Below the pieces are notes generated by a model that saw nothing but the letters and a program-made list of their open reading frames with translations, made no database searches and was not told the DNA's origin. From NCBI GenBank assembly GCA_017853815.1, contig JAFMIT010000001.1, positions 1 through 46,005 on the forward strand: 46,005 bases of DNA, read 5' to 3'. Numbering within the stretch: position 1 is the first letter of the stretch; every line of letters begins with the position of its first letter. A program made the translations under genes and the position numbers. Shown piece by piece: positions 44,361 through 46,005 of this stretch. Source of the DNA: Actinomycetota bacterium. Its GTDB lineage: Bacteria > Actinomycetota > Actinomycetes > S36-B12 > UBA5976.

Positions 44361-45014
44361 CTACGCCTTGCGATTGAACTCCAAATGAATGACGCCTACG
44401 GGTGATGGAGTCGATTTCACATCGAAGCGCTGCTCGATGCCCTCCAGACCGGCCCATAAGTTTTCGCCGCGTCCGAGGATGATTGGTACGACAACGAGAT
44501 GCATGTAGTCGATGAGATCGGCTTGAAGAAATTGCCGAATGGTTTGAACACCGCCGCCGATGCGAATGTCTTTGGTGCCCGCGAGTTCTTTTGCGTGTTG
44601 TAGAGCAGTCGCTGGATCAGCGTTGAGAAAGTGAAATGAGTTGCCGCCTTGTAGGTGGATTGGAGCTCGCTCGTGATGAGTCAAGACAATCACGGGTGTA
44701 TTGAACGGGGGATTGTCGCCCCACCAGCCCTGCCAGGTTTCGTCCTCCCACGCGCCTCGTTGCGGGCCAAATTTGTTGCGGCCCATGATTTCAACGCCGA
44801 TGTTAGGTTTCCAGCTTCGAGCGAATTCATCATCTAGGTCGGTCGAGCCATCACCTTCGCCGGGCAGTCCCATATCTCTGAACGTCTTGGTCGCGAAAGC
44901 CCATTGGACGAGCCGAGTGCCGGCATGCCCAAAAGGTGTCTGAAGAGATTGGCCTTCGCCAGTGCCGTAACCGTCGAGCGAAATAGAGAAATTGTGAACG
45001 CGTACTTTGGACAT
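44361..45014 (-). CDS. dihydrofolate-reductase-family (RibD C-terminal domain) protein
   Basis: 'VRVHNFSISLDGYGTG', 'IMGRNKFGP' and 'DIRIGGGVQTIRQFLQADLIDYMHLVVVPIILGRGE'. Confidence 0.78.
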   Translation of the reverse strand: MSKVRVHNFSISLDGYGTGEGQSLQTPFGHAGTRLVQWAFATKTFRDMGLPGEGDGSTDLDDEFARSWKPNIGVEIMGRNKFGPQRGAWEDETWQGWWGDNPPFNTPVIVLTHHERAPIHLQGGNSFHFLNADPATALQHAKELAGTKDIRIGGGVQTIRQFLQADLIDYMHLVVVPIILGRGENLWAGLEGIEQRFDVKSTPSPVGVIHLEFNRKA

Positions 45015-45061
45015 TTGATGAGCCTAGGGCTAGCTGTTGGTGAAATCGACGGAGGTGACGC

Positions 45062-45553
45062 CTACTCCACAGGAATCAATATTCGAAAACGTGCCCGATC
45101 GCTGTTGGGATCGTATTCATCGCCGTAGATTTCGAGGTGCTGGCCAGGCCTGCTGCGCAATCCTGATTCTGGGAGAGCGCGCATGTAGGCATCCTGAAAC
45201 CCTGAATCAAGTGCATTAGCTGGTACGTCGCAGTGGTAGACGAAATAGTTGCCACCGTCGAGTTGCAAGGTTTCAAGGAACGGTAGGGGATCTGCGCTTT
45301 CCAGCCCGCAGAAATAGTTGATCTGTTGCGGAGGGACTAACTCGTCGGCTGGCCAACTCACGCCATAAAGCTCTCCGTCTAACGCGACGCCATTGCGCAC
45401 GAGGTGGTCAATGAATTCGAGCCACAACTTCTGCCCAAAATCGGCGCCACTTCCTTCAACCTCATTGAAGGATGACGGGCCCTGACGGCCAATGCCATAG
45501 AGAACGGTTGGCTGAATAAAGAGTGTTGTGGTCACGTCACCAGTCTTGTGCAA
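45062..45553 (-). CDS. GyrI-like small-molecule-binding domain protein
   Basis: 'YGVSW', 'YFCGLE', 'GGNYFVYHCDVPANAL...AYMRALPESG' and 'LEIYGDEYDP....FRILIPV' fit the GyrI-like/effector-binding fold pattern. Confidence 0.6.
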   Translation of the reverse strand: MHKTGDVTTTLFIQPTVLYGIGRQGPSSFNEVEGSGADFGQKLWLEFIDHLVRNGVALDGELYGVSWPADELVPPQQINYFCGLESADPLPFLETLQLDGGNYFVYHCDVPANALDSGFQDAYMRALPESGLRSRPGQHLEIYGDEYDPNSDRARFRILIPVE

Positions 45554-45588
45554 TGGAGAGTTACAGCCAAACCTGGGTGGGACGGTGT

Positions 45589-45936
45589 CTAAAGGCCACC
45601 GGACAGGACGTACTCGCGGAACTGGTTGTCATCAAATTCCACCTCGATGACGAGCCCGCACGTCGTGTGCCCGCCAACGTTGTGAGGCGGCAGCGCCCAA
45701 ACGTTTTTGTGAAAGAAACCGATTTGAGTGCTGCCGATAATCTGCATGCCAGGTTCCAGCGCTTCGTCCCGCGTCATCATTTTGCTTGGGTAGACATACG
45801 CGCGGCCGCAAGCATCTACCCAGTCGGGAGTGCCTGTGCCGGCCTGATGGCGTAGACCAGGTTCGAGATAGATGCCCACTGCAAGTAGTGCGAGCACAAT
45901 GTTTCGCTTGCGAAAAATTCGCTTAACCCCGTTCAT
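45589..45936 (-). CDS. hypothetical protein with an N-terminal signal/anchor
   Basis: 115-aa ORF. 'KRNIVLALLAVGIYL' is a hydrophobic N-terminus. Same strand and close spacing as the two genes downstream of it. No recognised family. Confidence 0.45.
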   Translation of the reverse strand: MNGVKRIFRKRNIVLALLAVGIYLEPGLRHQAGTGTPDWVDACGRAYVYPSKMMTRDEALEPGMQIIGSTQIGFFHKNVWALPPHNVGGHTTCGLVIEVEFDDNQFREYVLSGGL

Positions 45937-45957
45937 GCTGTGATGCTAACAAAACAA

Positions 45958-45987
45958 TGTGGGTGGCAGCTTTCGCAACCACCCACA
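45958..45987. other. 9-bp hairpin near the window edge (possible bidirectional terminator)
   Basis: tgtgggtgg (45958-45966) / ccacccaca (45979-45987) with a 12-nt loop. Flanked by acaaaaca upstream and aagttttgt downstream. Confidence 0.35.
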
Positions 45988-46005
45988 AAGTTTTGTGTCG
46001 TGTCG

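Noticed and set aside
44225-46005. An integrase, prophage or att site associated with the tRNA gene.
   Set aside because: The genes flanking the tRNA encode a membrane protein, a DHFR-family protein, a GyrI-like protein and a small secreted protein. I saw no recombinase motifs. I found no repeat of the tRNA 3' half elsewhere in the window.

Overview
This 46-kb window looks like an Actinomycetota chromosome, judging by synteny; I ran no searches. Nearly all genes are on the + strand.

Bases 1-21.7 kb are a conserved housekeeping block: thiL(partial)-rpmB-DAK2-recG-rsmD-coaD-(DivIVA/SepIVA-like)-yceD-rpmF-(ACP-like)-rnc-mutM-smc-ftsY-amtB-glnK-amtB-glnK-glnD-ffh. The amtB-glnK pair is tandemly duplicated, and each copy has its own GlnR-box-like operator array.

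From 21.8 kb the content becomes accessory:
- an NCS2 nucleobase permease;
- a ThrC-like PLP enzyme translationally coupled to a MoaD/ThiS-type sulfur carrier ending in GGC (MetM/MetO-like);
- an orphan ParA-like ATPase, a P-loop kinase and an SDR;
- a 1629-aa Sec-secreted haem peroxidase (animal-peroxidase superfamily) fused to RTX repeats;
- immediately after it, a complete monoderm-type Tad/Flp pilus operon: flp, tadE, tadG-like, cpaB, cpaE/tadZ, cpaF/tadA, a vWA::tadB fusion, tadC and a prepilin peptidase;
- then a DUF1003 protein, a pentameric ligand-gated ion channel homologue, an AIM24-family protein, two small or hypothetical proteins, a tRNA with anticodon CAT, and three minus-strand genes.

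I saw no rRNA, CRISPR array, IS element, integrase or obvious pseudogene.

The best candidates for new biology are the peroxidase-RTX protein and its link to the Tad operon, the extracytoplasmic vWA domain fused to TadB, the ThrC-like/sulfur-carrier pair, and the actinobacterial pLGIC. All functional calls rest on motifs I recognised by eye and on synteny.
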